A stretch of DNA of 64,000 bases from Hyaloraphidium curvatum SAG 235-1 (Eukaryota; Fungi; Monoblepharomycota). How positions within the stretch are numbered: the stretch's first letter is position 1; the number at the start of each line of letters is the position of its first letter. A program made the position numbers and the translations under genes. Shown piece by piece: positions 29,825 to 41,344 of the stretch. The DNA lies in NCBI GenBank assembly GCA_025558095.1, contig JAIVFI010000025.1:62001-126000 (forward strand), written 5' to 3'. The notes beneath the pieces were generated by a model that saw only the letters and a program-made list of their open reading frames with translations, was not told where the DNA came from and made no database searches.

Positions 29825-31772
29825 TCACCTGATCGTCGCCTTCCGCTCGAACGCCCCCGCCAGCCCCGTCGCATCGTTCGCCGCCGCCCCTCCTCCGGGC
29901 AGCTCCGCCGCCTCCTTCCCCGGCCTCTTCTCCCACACCCGCCACAGCTTGAGCGCCTCGTCGCCCGCCGCGCTGGCCACCATCGTCCCGTCCGGCCCCG
30001 CGGCGGTGTGCAAAACGCGGGCGTCGTGGCCCTGCAGGTCCGCGACCTTTTGCAGGGCGGGGTAGGTCCAGAGGGTCATCTGGTTGTCGGGGAAGCCGTG
30101 CGAGGAGAGGATCTCCTTGTACTCGCGGGACCAGTGCAGGGAGGTCACCTGCGAACCCGTGTCGAGGGAGGAGAGCTTGGCGCCGGTGCTGACGTTCCAG
30201 AAGTGGATGTGGCGGTCGTGCGTGCCGCCGCCGGTGGCGAGGAGGTGGGGCTGCCACGGGCACCACGCGAGGGCCTGGCGAGATCGAGGATGCGCCGGTC
30301 GTGTAGTTGGGCGATTCGAGAAAGTCGGCATCCGTTAGACGAGGTCCTCAGCATCCGACACGATCCAATTCACCTTGACCGCCGCATTGTGCTCCCTCTT
30401 GGTCCACTTGGGCACGTTCCCCCTCGCGTCCCAGATGTTGACGAGGTTGTCGTTCCCGCCCGACGCCAGAAACGCCCCGTCCGGCCGCCACTTGAGCCCG
30501 CACACTTCGGACGTGTGGGCCAGGAGCTCCGCAACCTTGTGGTTGGCCACGCGGACGTCGTGGTTGAAGATGCTGCCGGCAAGCGAGGTCAGAGCGAGGA
30601 GCGCGAGAGGAGATGGATCAGACTCGCCTCCCGTCACGGCAGCCGCTGCTGAGCAGGTGGTCTCGCCAGCTGAGAACGCCGACCCGGGCAACGTGGCCAC
30701 CCATGCTCCGAACCTTCGAGACTGCGTCAGCTTCGGACGGAAGAAGCTTGCGAAAGGGCAACGCACCTTGCCGCCGGTCTCAAGGTCCCAGATCTGCGTG
30801 TCGCCCTCGTGCATCCCCACTGCGAGGTACGAGCCGTCGTTCGTGAACGCAACCGAGGTAATGGAGTCGGTGGCAGGGGCGGTAATGAACTCGGTGACCT
30901 GCAAGAAAGTCAGCGCCGTGGCGACGAGGCCAAACACGGCGTGCCCACCTCCCCCGTTTCCCCGGACCACAGGTAAATGGTCTTCCCCAGCACCACCGCC
31001 AGCGTGTTGGTCGAGCTCCAGTCCAGCAGGTTCAGGTAGTAGTCGTCCACCATCCCCGGCGCGTCCAGCACCCGCTCCGGGAGCGTGGCCACGTGCCGCC
31101 GCGACGAGGCCTTCACGGATGGCCGCAGCGGCCTGCTCCATGCCTGGCTCGGGTTGGCGACGTGGTCTGAGGGCGGGGGTTCGGAGGAGAAGGTGAGGAT
31201 GCGCTGGTTGATGGCCACGCCGCAGGCCTTGGCCAGCTCCTCCTGGTAGGCGAGCGACTGGGCGTCCAGCGTCTGGGTGGAGGAAGAGGAGGCGGAGGGT
31301 GGTCGGGAGAGGTTGTACTGCGAGGCCGGGAGCGACATGGAGGCGTGCGAGGTGATGAACCGGTCGTACTGTTTGGCGGCCGCAGGCGCGGCGGGAAGGT
31401 CAGCGGCGGGGCCATCCGCGGGAGCCGGCCGTGCGGGCCCACCTGCTTCTTGCCGCTGCGCTTGCCCTTGCCGGGCGTGGTCGCGCCGCCGAGGCCCTCG
31501 CCGCCGCTCTTGCGCCGTGCGAGCCCGCCCTTCCCGGGCGTCCAGCGCGGGGAGCCGCGCGGCGAGCCGCCGAGCGGGCCCTTCGGCGTCTGCGCGGAGA
31601 TGCGGCCGGGCGTGCGCGGCGCCGACTTGGGCGTCTTGTGCACGCCGGCCGCCGGCTTCTTGGCCGACTTGGACGCGGGCGCGCGCCGCGGCGAGTAGAA
31701 CAGGTGGTGCGGCGTGGCCGCGCCGAGCCCCGGCAGCCCGGGCAGCCCGCCGGGCGGCTTGTCGTCGGGCAT
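29825..31772 (-). CDS. CDC20: APC/C activator Cdc20/Fizzy (WD40), multi-exon
   Basis: C-box [55 protein letters not shown], terminal IR tail. Confidence 0.95.
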
Positions 31773-32079
31773 CCTGCGATTCCGCGGCGGACGTCTCAGC
31801 GCCGGCACTCGGTGGACACTTGGCGGGAGCGCGGGCAGCGGCACCCCGGGTCGCGGCGGTGCCGCACTCGGCCAATCCCGCGCCGCCCGCCGCGCCGCCC
31901 CGCCGTCCGCTGCGGCCGCACTCCTCGCACCTTGCAGCGGCGGCGCCGCGGAAACAGGAGGATGCCTCGCTGCGGGAACTCGAATCGAATTCGGGTGGTA
32001 GTCGCGCCAAACACGCGCGCTCCGTGCCCTCCTCTACTCGCTTCAACCCCCCCAAGGCCCACGGCTCCTCACCGGCTCC

Positions 32080-32640
32080 CTCTTGGAACCAACATGCATG
32101 CAACCAGCCTTCAGGGTGACTTGATGGACACGTCTCTGGGGTCATTTGAGGTTCCCGCAGGTATGGAACCAGGTTTCCCCTCCGGACATTTTCCCGGGCC
32201 TGCTGCTGTCTGGATCACCCCTCTCCTCTCCAAGCTGGGGCTTGTAGAACCTGTTTTCTGCACTGATCCTGAAAGTAACGTGATCAAAAGTGAAGCTGAA
32301 GCTGAAGAAGACTCCATCTGGGACTTGGTGAGCCTGGACAAGTGTGCACCCTGGTGACTGCCGACATGCTTGCACCTGGAGCACAAGCACAAGGAAGGAT
32401 CCAGCCAAATCCCCGCGTTTCTACGTACAAAATGAACTGGACGTCCTACCAGACTGACAATTGGCTGGCCATGAAGGCTGGCAGAGCCGGGGTTTGCAAA
32501 GTTCCGGGAAGTTTTGCCGGGGGGTTGCATGTGTGCACCAACAGACACTGTGTGGAAATCTGAGGGGCCAGACCTGTAAAAGGCATTGGAAAATACGCAA
32601 ATTGGCTTCCAAAGGTCAGGGCAGGCACCTGGGGAAGGTG
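32080..32640. mobile_element. CpG-depleted, TpG/CpA-rich intergenic segment; probable degenerate repeat or transposon relic
   Basis: Abrupt drop in GC and CpG versus both flanks; no coherent ORF; no termini identified. Confidence 0.4.
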
Positions 32641-32713
32641 GGGAGGGCGTCGGCACCTGGTGTTGACGCCAGCTTGGTGAGCCGTCGCGTCCACTCCCGC
32701 CACTTACTCCCCA

Positions 32714-35644
32714 ATGGCAGACCCTCCTCCTGCCTCCTCCTCTGCAGAACCCGTCGCTAAGGATGTGACCGACGATCCTCCGTTGTCCGCTTCCCGCGCT
32801 CTGCCGCCGCTGGGCGGCAACCCGCGCTTCCGCGCGCAGCGCGAGTCGCTCCCCATCTTCCAGTACCGCGAGGACCTCGTCTGTACGTCGGACCCGGCGC
32901 GCGCGGCGGGAAGGAGGCTGACCGCGGGAAACAGCGGCGATAAGGCAGTTCGACACGCTCATTGTGGTCGGGGACACGGGTGCGTTCGGGACCTCGGGAG
33001 CGGCGGGACATCGGCGCGGCGCGGGGCTCCTACGGTCCCTTTTGCCGGCACGTTGGACAGATATGTTCAGCTTACTGCCGCGAACGACCTTGGATCCCGA
33101 GTCGCGGGCCGTCGGGGGGCTCGACGAGTCGACGACGCGTTCTGACCGCGTTTCCCGCGGCAGGCTCCGGCAAGACCACGCAGGTGCCGCAGTACATCTA
33201 CGAGTCGATTCCGTCGGTCGAGGGCAGGATTGCAATCACACAGCCGAGGAGGATTGCGGCCGCTAGGTGGGTTCTCGAGTCCTCAAGCTCCCATGACAGC
33301 TGACCGTGCTTTTCCGCCCAGCGCCGCGCAGAGGGTCTCGGATGAGCTCGGGAGCGGTCTTGGGGATCTTGTGGGCTACCGGATACGGTTCGAAGCCAAG
33401 GCGTCCAAGCGGACGAGGATCGTCTACATGGTCGGGCGCGCCTGCGCATTTCGGCCACCAGAATTCGTCAGGCTGACCTTTACCGCACACCAACAGACCG
33501 ACGGGGTCCTTCTCCGCGAGGCCTGCACCGACACGTACTTTTCTGGCTACTCCATGGTCATCGTTGACGAGGCGCACGAGCGCTCGCTCGAGACGGACGT
33601 GCTGCTCGGCCTGCTGAAGCGGACCCGCGAGTCGCGGCCGAACCTGAAGCTGATCATCATGTCCGCGACGCTGGACGTGGAAAAGTTCTCGGACTTCTTC
33701 GGCGGCTGCCCCGTGTTCGTCGTGCCCGGGCGGACGTTCGACGTGGACGTGTTCTTCCAGAAGGCCGGCAAGTGGGCCGGCCTGAGGTCCAACTACCTGC
33801 AGCGTGCCGTCGACACGGTGCTGCACATCCACAAGACGCGGCCCGCGGGGCACGTGCTCGTGTTCCTCACCGGCCAGGATGAGATCGAGCGGGCGTGCCG
33901 GATGCTGGAGGACGCGGACAGGGAGCTGGACTATTCGGCCGTGGAACACCGCGACGTGCGCGGGCTCGTGTGCCACCCCATCTACTCCACCCTGGACTCG
34001 GACGCGCAGCGCGCCGTCTTTGCCCCGCCGCCGCACGGGGTCCGCAAGATCGTCGTGTCGACCAATATTGCGCAGACCTCGGTCACCATCCCCGGGATCC
34101 GCTACGTTGTCGACACGGGCTTCGTGAAGCAGAAGATGTACGATCCTGCGTCGCACCTGGACGCGCTCCTCGTCGTGCCCGTCTCGCAAGCGGCGGCGAC
34201 CCAGCGCGCGGGCCGCGCGGGCCGGACAGAGAACGGCGAGGTGTACCGGCTCTACTCGCGCGAAGCCTTCGAGGAGCTCGAGCCGGAGACCGTGCCCGAA
34301 ATGCAGCGGTCGAGCCTGCTGGGCGTGGTGCTGGACCTCAAGAAGATGGGGATCGAGGACGTGCTCGGGTTCGGCTTCATCGATCCACCGGATCCGGAGA
34401 TGGAGCTCGACGCGATGAGGCAGCTGTACCTCCTAGGGGCCCTTGATGCCGATGGCCGCCTGACCAAGGAGGGCGGGATGATGGCCGAGTTCCCGGTTTC
34501 GCCGCACCTGGCGAGGGCCATCATCGCCGCGGCCCGCGAGTTCCGTTGCGCCGACGAGCTGCTCACCATCGCGGCCATGCTGAGCGTCGAGGAGATCTAC
34601 ATCTCGCCGCGAGGCGAGAAGAAGAAGGAGAAGGCGGCGGCTAAGCGGAGGGGCTTTGCGCACGGCACGGGCGACCACATGACGCTCCTCCGCATCTACC
34701 GGACGTGGGAGGGCAACGACTTTTCCAAGGACTGGTGCTTCGACAACTTCATCCACTACCGCGCCATGCGCACGGCCAGGAACGTCAGGTCGCAGATCCG
34801 GGACCTGCTGGAGCGGCTGGGGCTCCCGATCGAAGACTGTCGACTGCGGGGCAAGAAGCGCTCGCGGGACGAGGTCGAGGACTCGGACCCGCGGCCGGTT
34901 CTGCGATCCATTTGCGCGGCTTACTATCCGAACTTGGCGCGGCAGCAGCGCGACCGGCCTTACTTTGTGCAATACTCGTCGGCGGCCGGGAAAGGCGGGG
35001 CCGACAGTTCGGGCATGTTGGCGCTCTACCTGGGCCAGAACTCGGCGCTGTTTTCCGACTCGTCGTCCGGGCCTGGCCTGGATTGGGTGGTGTACACGGA
35101 CGTGGTCTACACCAGCAAGGCGCAGATGCGGAACGTCTCGCGGATCGACTACTCGTGGGTGGAAGGACTCGTCGGCAAGCTCGGCAAGATCGACGACGAG
35201 CGTCTCTCCGGGCGCAAGAAGCCTGCGGACGAAGCAAAGGCGGACGCCGGCCTGGTCCCGCTCAAGAGGCGCAACAGCTTGCTGGACGTGCTCGAGGAGC
35301 GCGGCGGAGCCTCGACGCCCGGCCTCGAGGGTCCCTCGCGCGAGGTGAAGGCCGACGAGTTTGTCGTCGTCCACGAGCGCCTCACGGAGCGGACGCACAG
35401 CGAGGTCGTCGCCCCCGAGGACGCGGACAAAGTCGGAACGCTCGCGACGGGGCACGCGCCGGTGCGTTCGAGGGCGGTGGAGCTGTTGCGGAACGAGGCG
35501 ATCGCGGCGACGTCTGCGAGCGAGACAGACGGCGAGGGCTCGGCGAGCGATGCCGGGACGGAGGACTCTAAGCGCAAGGAGAGGGAGGATTCGGTGGCTG
35601 CGGCACGGGAGCGTTACTTGGCGAGGAAGAAAGCGAAGCGGTGA
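32714..35644 (+). CDS. DHX40: DEAH-box RNA helicase, DHX40-like
   Basis: LPI, GDTG|SGKTTQ (split by intron), TQPRR, TDG.LLRE, DEAHER, SAT, FLTGQDEIE, STNIAQTS, QRAGRAGR; C-terminal AARERYLARK resembles the DHX40 tail. Family is certain; subfamily assignment less so. Confidence 0.8.
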
Positions 35645-35830
35645 TGTCACTTGGAGCATGGTTGAGGGCATCTATTCCGTTCCTGCATAGGATGAATGAT
35701 ATGCAGGTCAGCCATGCTGGTTGCGGGCTCTCTTATGCCCAGTCCACCTGTAGGGCAAATGAAAGGGTGACTTATACCAAGAGCTTCAAACCAGGAGATA
35801 AGGTCCTTTGCACGGGGGAAGTGGGCACCC
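35645..35830. mobile_element. Second CpG-depleted intergenic patch (possible repeat relic)
   Basis: Low CpG and high TpG/CpA immediately after the helicase stop. Confidence 0.3.
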
Positions 35831-36089
35831 CGGACAGGTTTGCCGACGAGGCGGAAGACCTCAGGAACGGGCAACGCCTCGCACGCGGGGAGGGCTGGCC
35901 TTGAACGTTCGTTCTTCGTCTCTTTGTCGGCGCTGTGGCATTGACTAGAGTCTTCTTCTCGATCGATCTCCTTGCGCCTCCTGTGGAGGAGGAAGGGTTA
36001 GCGGCGTGGCTAGTTCGGCTCCTAGTTCGGCTCCTAGCGACCACCACATCCAGGCGCGTCTCCTGCCCTCCGCGCCGGCATCGCCCGCC

Positions 36090-36885
36090 ATGCTGCGCAG
36101 CGCGCTGAGCCGGCTCGCGCGGCCGCTGTCCGGGCGCGCGGCGGCGCCCGCGGCGCGCCACCTCGCCACGCCGTCGGGCGGCGCCAAACCCGTCGACGAC
36201 GGCGCGGCGCCCGGCCGCCCGCTCGACGCGGCGGCCGGCTTCATGCTGATGACGGAGATCGTGCGCGGCATGGCCATCGCGCACGAGCAGGTCTTCCGCC
36301 AGCCGTACACGATCATGTACCCGTTCGAGAAGGGCCCGCTGTCGCCGCGCTTCCGCGGCGAGCACGCGCTGCGCCGCTACCCGACAGGCGAGGAGCGCTG
36401 CATCGCCTGCAAGCTGTGCGAGGCCGTGTGCCCGGCGCTGGCGATCACCATCGAGGCGGAGCCCCGCGAGGACGGCTCGCGCCGCACGACGCGCTACGAC
36501 ATCGACATGACCAAGGTGGGCTATCCTGCTTGCCGTGCTGCCGTTAAACGCCCTGGTCTGACCCTGTTTCGCAGTGCATCTACGTACGCGTCCACCCGCA
36601 CCCATCTCGCCCGGTGGCCGCCTAACCTTGCCGTTGTTTGGCAGTGCGGATTCTGCCAGGAAGCCTGCCCCGTGGACGCCATCGTCGAGGGCCCCAACTT
36701 CGAGTTCGCGACCGAGACGCACGAGGAGCTGCTCTACAACAAGGAGAAGCTGCTCAACAACGGCGACAAATGGGAGGTGCGTTGTCTTCTCGCTCGCCAG
36801 GTCCGTGGAACAACATCTGAGCTGTGCTTGCTGCCCGCAGGTGGAGATTGCGCGCAACCTGCAGTCCGAGACGGTGTACCGATGA
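36090..36885 (+). CDS. NDUFS8: NADH:ubiquinone oxidoreductase 23 kDa (TYKY/NuoI) Fe-S subunit
   Basis: [43 protein letters not shown]|CIY|[15 protein letters not shown]; mitochondrial presequence; 9-nt microexon 36575-36583. Confidence 0.97.
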
Positions 36886-37030
36886 TCTGCGCGGCGGCGG
36901 TGACATAGACAGCGGGTGGATACCGCCATCGGACCGGAATACACGGCTCGCATTGGACGGAGAACGGAGCCACACGATTGTCTACTTTGTCTAGCGAGGT
37001 CCGGAAAGGCGGGCCGGAACGCAGCGGCCT

Positions 37031-38271
37031 TCAACCCAAGATCTTGGGAAAGAAGAGCGGGGTTTCCTGCTTCCATTTCCGGAACTGGCGAGGGAGGAAG
37101 AAGTCAGCCGATCCGTCGTCCGTTCGCGAAATTTCCACCCACGGATTCGAGGTGCCCGTACTTCTTCGCCGCCGACGCCTCCAGCAGCGGCACGCCGCTC
37201 AGCCGCGTGAGCAGCAGGTACGTGAACACGGGGCTGATTGCCGAGACGTACTGCTCCGGCCGTACGAACCCCGCGCTCGCGGCGACAAAGTTGCCCGCCC
37301 ACAGCAGCACCTCGCCAAAGTAGTTGACGTGCCGCGACGCCTTCCACAGGCCCGTCTGCATGTTGCCCGTGGGGTTCTCGAGCTTGAAGTTGAACTTTTG
37401 GGCGTCGGCGACGACCTCGATCAGGAAGCCCGCGGCCCACATGGCGGCGCCGATCTTGTCCTGCGTGCCGAGCGGAGGCTGCTCCGAGGGAGGGATCGAG
37501 TTGAGGGTCCAGTTGGGGAGGCCGACGAGGAAGACCCAGAGGCCCTGCATGAACCAGAAGCTGTCGAACGACCGCCCGGCAAAATGAGGTAAGAACGCGC
37601 AATCGTCAGGTTTCAATCAATCCAAAACAGTCCCCGCATAAGAACCCACAAAGCAAACCGCGCCGGCATGTGCTTGACCTTGTCGAACCGCTCGTCCTTG
37701 CCGTGCAGCAGGACCCGCGTGAGCAGGTACGTCCCGAGCCGGGAGCACCACGCGATGCCCATGGCCGTGGTCAGGACCTGCCGCGGGTGCGGCTCGACGG
37801 TCTTCTGGCCGCCCTTGGGGGCGAGCAGGGTGTAGAGGAAGAGCGTGAAGTAGGTGAGGGAGCCTGGACGCGCGGCGGGGCGACAAAGTCAGGGACGGCG
37901 CCCCGGACCGGTTCCGGAGCGGCCCACCGGCAAAGTCGTAGAACTTTTCGGTCTTGAGCGTGGTCGCACTGCGCCGAATGAAGTTGCGCGCGCGCCGGAG
38001 CCGGGGGAGGCATTCCGCGGGACGCGCGACCGGATCCGTCAGCCCGCCTTCCGCCTCGCGGCACCGAGAAAACGCACAGCAGGAACGCGGCAGCCTGGAT
38101 CGCCATGTCCACCGCGAACGCCGTCCGGAGGTGGCTTCCCCCGATGAGCGGGAGGGAGAGCGGCTGGCGGGCAGCCTCTCGCGTTCGGCGGTGGCGCAGA
38201 AGGGCGTAGAGGAGGTACCAGCCGCCTCCGACGGCGAGGTAGGGGCCGTTCTTGCTGAGGACGCCGGGCAT
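37031..38271 (-). CDS. DUF1295 / steroid 5-alpha-reductase-like membrane protein, multi-exon
   Basis: TEKFYDFA, RLGTYL..R...GKDERFD, ADAQK..FK, GLWKASRHVNYFGE, SGVPLLE; last exon FRKWKQETPLFFPKILG-TGA. Confidence 0.88.
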
Positions 38272-38451
38272 CGCGAGGGTTCGGGCCTGTAGCGTCTCGT
38301 TTTGGTGAACGGAGGACGACGGATGTTGAGCCGGTCCGAGCGAGCGGCAAGCTCCGTCCAATCCAACCCCTGTACACTGCCACGTAGCGCTACGCTCCAG
38401 AAAGCAAAATCGGCAAGACAGAAGAGCTCTGCATGAATCTCTGGCGGCCGA

Positions 38452-39302
38452 TCAGTCGAAGGGGTTCGGGTAGACCTTGGGAGCAGCATCGCGGCTAGAC
38501 GGGTAACGATCTTAAGTTGGAAAGAGTCTTGTGCGAAGACACGAGGTCTCACTTCCGCTTCTTCTCCTCCGCGATTTCCATGTTGGAAAGCTCGACGGGG
38601 TCATCCAAGGTGTCTGCAAGCGGCAGTCGTGAGCAAGCGTCCGTCAAGCCCCGCCGCGATCGGCCGTACCGTGATCGGACAGGTCGGCCACCTGCATGCC
38701 TTCCTGCTCCTTGACCTGCTTGCGGTGCCTCGCCTTGTCGTCGGCCTTGTCGATGTTCAGGAGCTCGACTGCAAATGCGTGTTCACGTCGCAAGAACGGC
38801 GATCGATTTTGGATCGCGTCTGCCCACCATCATCGTCGAAGGCGGTGTCAGAGAGCAGAGCCGAGTCTCCTTTCTTCGCCTGCCGGTTGCGGAACTTCTG
38901 ATCGCTGGAACCAGGGCGAGAACGAGTCAGCTCTTCGCGGAAGCAATGGCCAACCTTCGAAATACGCACGCGCGGTCGATGTTGGCCTGCTCGACGTCGT
39001 CGTCGAAAGCGTCCACGTCCGTGATAAAGGCGGGAGATCGATCCTTCTCGCGGGGAGGCGACGGACGGGAGCCCGCTGCCGGAGAAGCCTCGAATCATGC
39101 CGTCTCCCGTCCGCCAGCGGCCCGACGAACACCCACGGGTGAAGCCCGCGGGCGCCTGCTGCTGCTGCTGGATCTTGGTGCTCGTCCACAGCAGGTTGCG
39201 GACGCAGAGGAAGGGTTTCGGGGACACCGCCCTCAGCCTCGGGACGTCGGCGAGGGAGGCGACGCCCCGTTGGACGAGAGCCGAGGCCGCAGCGCGGTGC
39301 AT
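38452..39302 (-). CDS. Hypothetical small acidic protein with mitochondrial-presequence-like N-terminus (about 5 introns)
   Basis: Consistent GT-AG splicing gives MHRAAASALVQRG...FITDVDAFDDDVEQANIDR..DTAFDDDVELLNIDK..DTLDDPVELSNME..VYPNPFD-TGA; alternative ATG at 39344. Confidence 0.6.
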
Positions 39303-39526
39303 GGGAGCTTGCAGACGGAGGATCTCGGAAAGCTTGATTGGCATCGCTCCACCTTTGTTCTTGTCGCTGACGGTGCGCGAAGGCGAGTCACCGAACTGAC
39401 GCGCCGCGACGACGCGCTGCCGAACGAGTAAAACGCTTTCCACCCGCTTGGTCAAGGGTCCGTGAATCCCGCCGTCCCGCGCGGCGGATTGATTTCTTTT
39501 TGGTCGGAGAGTCCGTTGCCGGCGGA

Positions 39527-41344
39527 ATGGCCGATGTGGCACCTCGGGAACCGGCGGAGAAGACGACGACGCTCGTCGACCTTCCGAACGAGGTCATTGA
39601 ACTAGTGCTCTCGGAGCTTGCGCCAAAGGATGTGAATTCCTGCCTGACTGTGCACAGCTCCCTCTTTGCTGTCGGCTGGAGGATTCTTTGGCAGCACCTG
39701 GACCTCACGGGACGGACGGTGAAGAAGCTTCGTCTCGTCGAGTCGGTCCTCCGAGCCGCCGCGGAAGCTGCTGCCGCGGAGGAGAAACGACTTGCAAACG
39801 AACTGCTTCCTTCGTCTCCCGAATGCTCGACCGGCACATTCGCAGCCCCGTCGCTGTCCCTCCCCGCCTTTCCTTCCTTTGGAACGTCGTCACCGGCGGG
39901 CAAACGCGGCAGATGGAACGGCATCGTCAAGAAAAAGCGCGCCTGGCATGCTGAGGCTGCTCAGCAAGCACCACGGGACTCTTTTCGCTCGTCTGCGTCT
40001 TCCCGTGGGGATTCTTCGTCGCGGCGGCGGCTCGGTGCCGGCCAACCGTACCTTCCGTCCGCGGTGCGTAAGATTACCTACCGCAACGGCGACTTTGCCG
40101 ATCTGGCCCCGCTCTTGATCCTGTGCGGACCTTACCTCGTTGCCCTGGACGTTCGAGGATGCCGCTTCAAGTCTACCGTCGCTCTATCGATCTTCGACCT
40201 CGTCAACGCCAATCTCAAGGAGCTCGACATGAGCATTGACTACACTGGCCCCTCTGCTGGCCCCCACGATGTCGAGTCGCTTTTGGATCCGGGCCATGAG
40301 GAGGTCGGCGCCGCCGTGGCGAGGTTCCGTGGCCTGGAGAAGCTGGGAGTGGCAAACCGCAACATGAAGCGTGTCGAAGTGGATGCCATCCTTGCGCTGC
40401 CGGAGCTGCAGCAGCTGGAGCTGGCCGAGGATAGGGCCTGGAACCTGGACGAAAGCGTCCGGCCTGCTTGCGCAATGCCGACGCTGCGGAGGCTCAAGTT
40501 TTCGAGCTGGGACTACGAAGCGCACGTGCCGCTGCCTTTCGGATTGGAGAAGCTCGAGTTTTGCACCCACGTCGCCAACCGCAGCGTGCCGGCCAATGAT
40601 ATGGCGAACGGAGTGCTCTCGAACCGCGCCGATCTTGGCAACTTGAGGGCTCTCAAGCTGCACGGTCCGGTCGGGAGGACGGCAGAGTTGTTTCTGTGTT
40701 TGGCCGCTTTGCCGAACCTCGATAGCTTTGAGCTGGACTACCAGGCTGCGACGTATCCGCCGCATGTGATGAACGACCTCGTGGCAGGGATCGGGCATCT
40801 TGCGGCAAAGGGGCGCCCGGACTCGGACGTCAGGCCGTTGAAGCACTTGGCGTTGCTGCTGAACCTCAACGACAAGCGTCACTCTACCATCATCCAATCG
40901 TTGGGCGGCTCGGGCCCCATTGCACTGCGCTCGCTCCGGCTCGATCCGCGGAGGGCCAAGATTGCAAAGGCGACCGTCGACGCCTTGTGCGCTCTGCCGT
41001 GCGGAACATTTGCCGATCTCGAGGACCTGACGCTGGCATCGCGCAAGATGCGCGTGGACTCGGTTTCCCGCCTTCTATCATGCCTCCCGAACCTGCGCCG
41101 ACTGCGATGGACTGCTGTGCACCCGGTCGTCCTTCCTCGAGCTCGGACGCGACTCCGGGCCATTGAAGAGGACCTTCGGCGTGCAGGCGGAGGATGGGAG
41201 ATCGACATGAACCCGCTCAGGATCACGTTGGAGGTCCGAGGTCGGATGGGCTTGGAGGCGATGACGGATGGCCACCAATCAGCGGTTGGGGAAGCTGAAG
41301 AGGAGGCTGCGGAGGAGGAAGATGAGGAGGCGCCGCTAGCTTGA
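39527..41344 (+). CDS. F-box / leucine-rich-repeat protein, intronless
   Basis: LVDLPNEVIELVLSEL F-box followed by LxxLxL repeats (LVALDV, LKELDM, LQQLEL, LRRLKF, LRALKL, LEDLTL). Confidence 0.8.
   Translation: MADVAPREPAEKTTTLVDLPNEVIELVLSELAPKDVNSCLTVHSSLFAVGWRILWQHLDLTGRTVKKLRLVESVLRAAAEAAAAEEKRLANELLPSSPECSTGTFAAPSLSLPAFPSFGTSSPAGKRGRWNGIVKKKRAWHAEAAQQAPRDSFRSSASSRGDSSSRRRLGAGQPYLPSAVRKITYRNGDFADLAPLLILCGPYLVALDVRGCRFKSTVALSIFDLVNANLKELDMSIDYTGPSAGPHDVESLLDPGHEEVGAAVARFRGLEKLGVANRNMKRVEVDAILALPELQQLELAEDRAWNLDESVRPACAMPTLRRLKFSSWDYEAHVPLPFGLEKLEFCTHVANRSVPANDMANGVLSNRADLGNLRALKLHGPVGRTAELFLCLAALPNLDSFELDYQAATYPPHVMNDLVAGIGHLAAKGRPDSDVRPLKHLALLLNLNDKRHSTIIQSLGGSGPIALRSLRLDPRRAKIAKATVDALCALPCGTFADLEDLTLASRKMRVDSVSRLLSCLPNLRRLRWTAVHPVVLPRARTRLRAIEEDLRRAGGGWEIDMNPLRITLEVRGRMGLEAMTDGHQSAVGEAEEEAAEEEDEEAPLA

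Noticed and set aside
36011-36037. 12-bp direct repeat TAGTTCGGCTCC x2 upstream of NDUFS8
   Set aside because: Simple local duplication with no evidence of function
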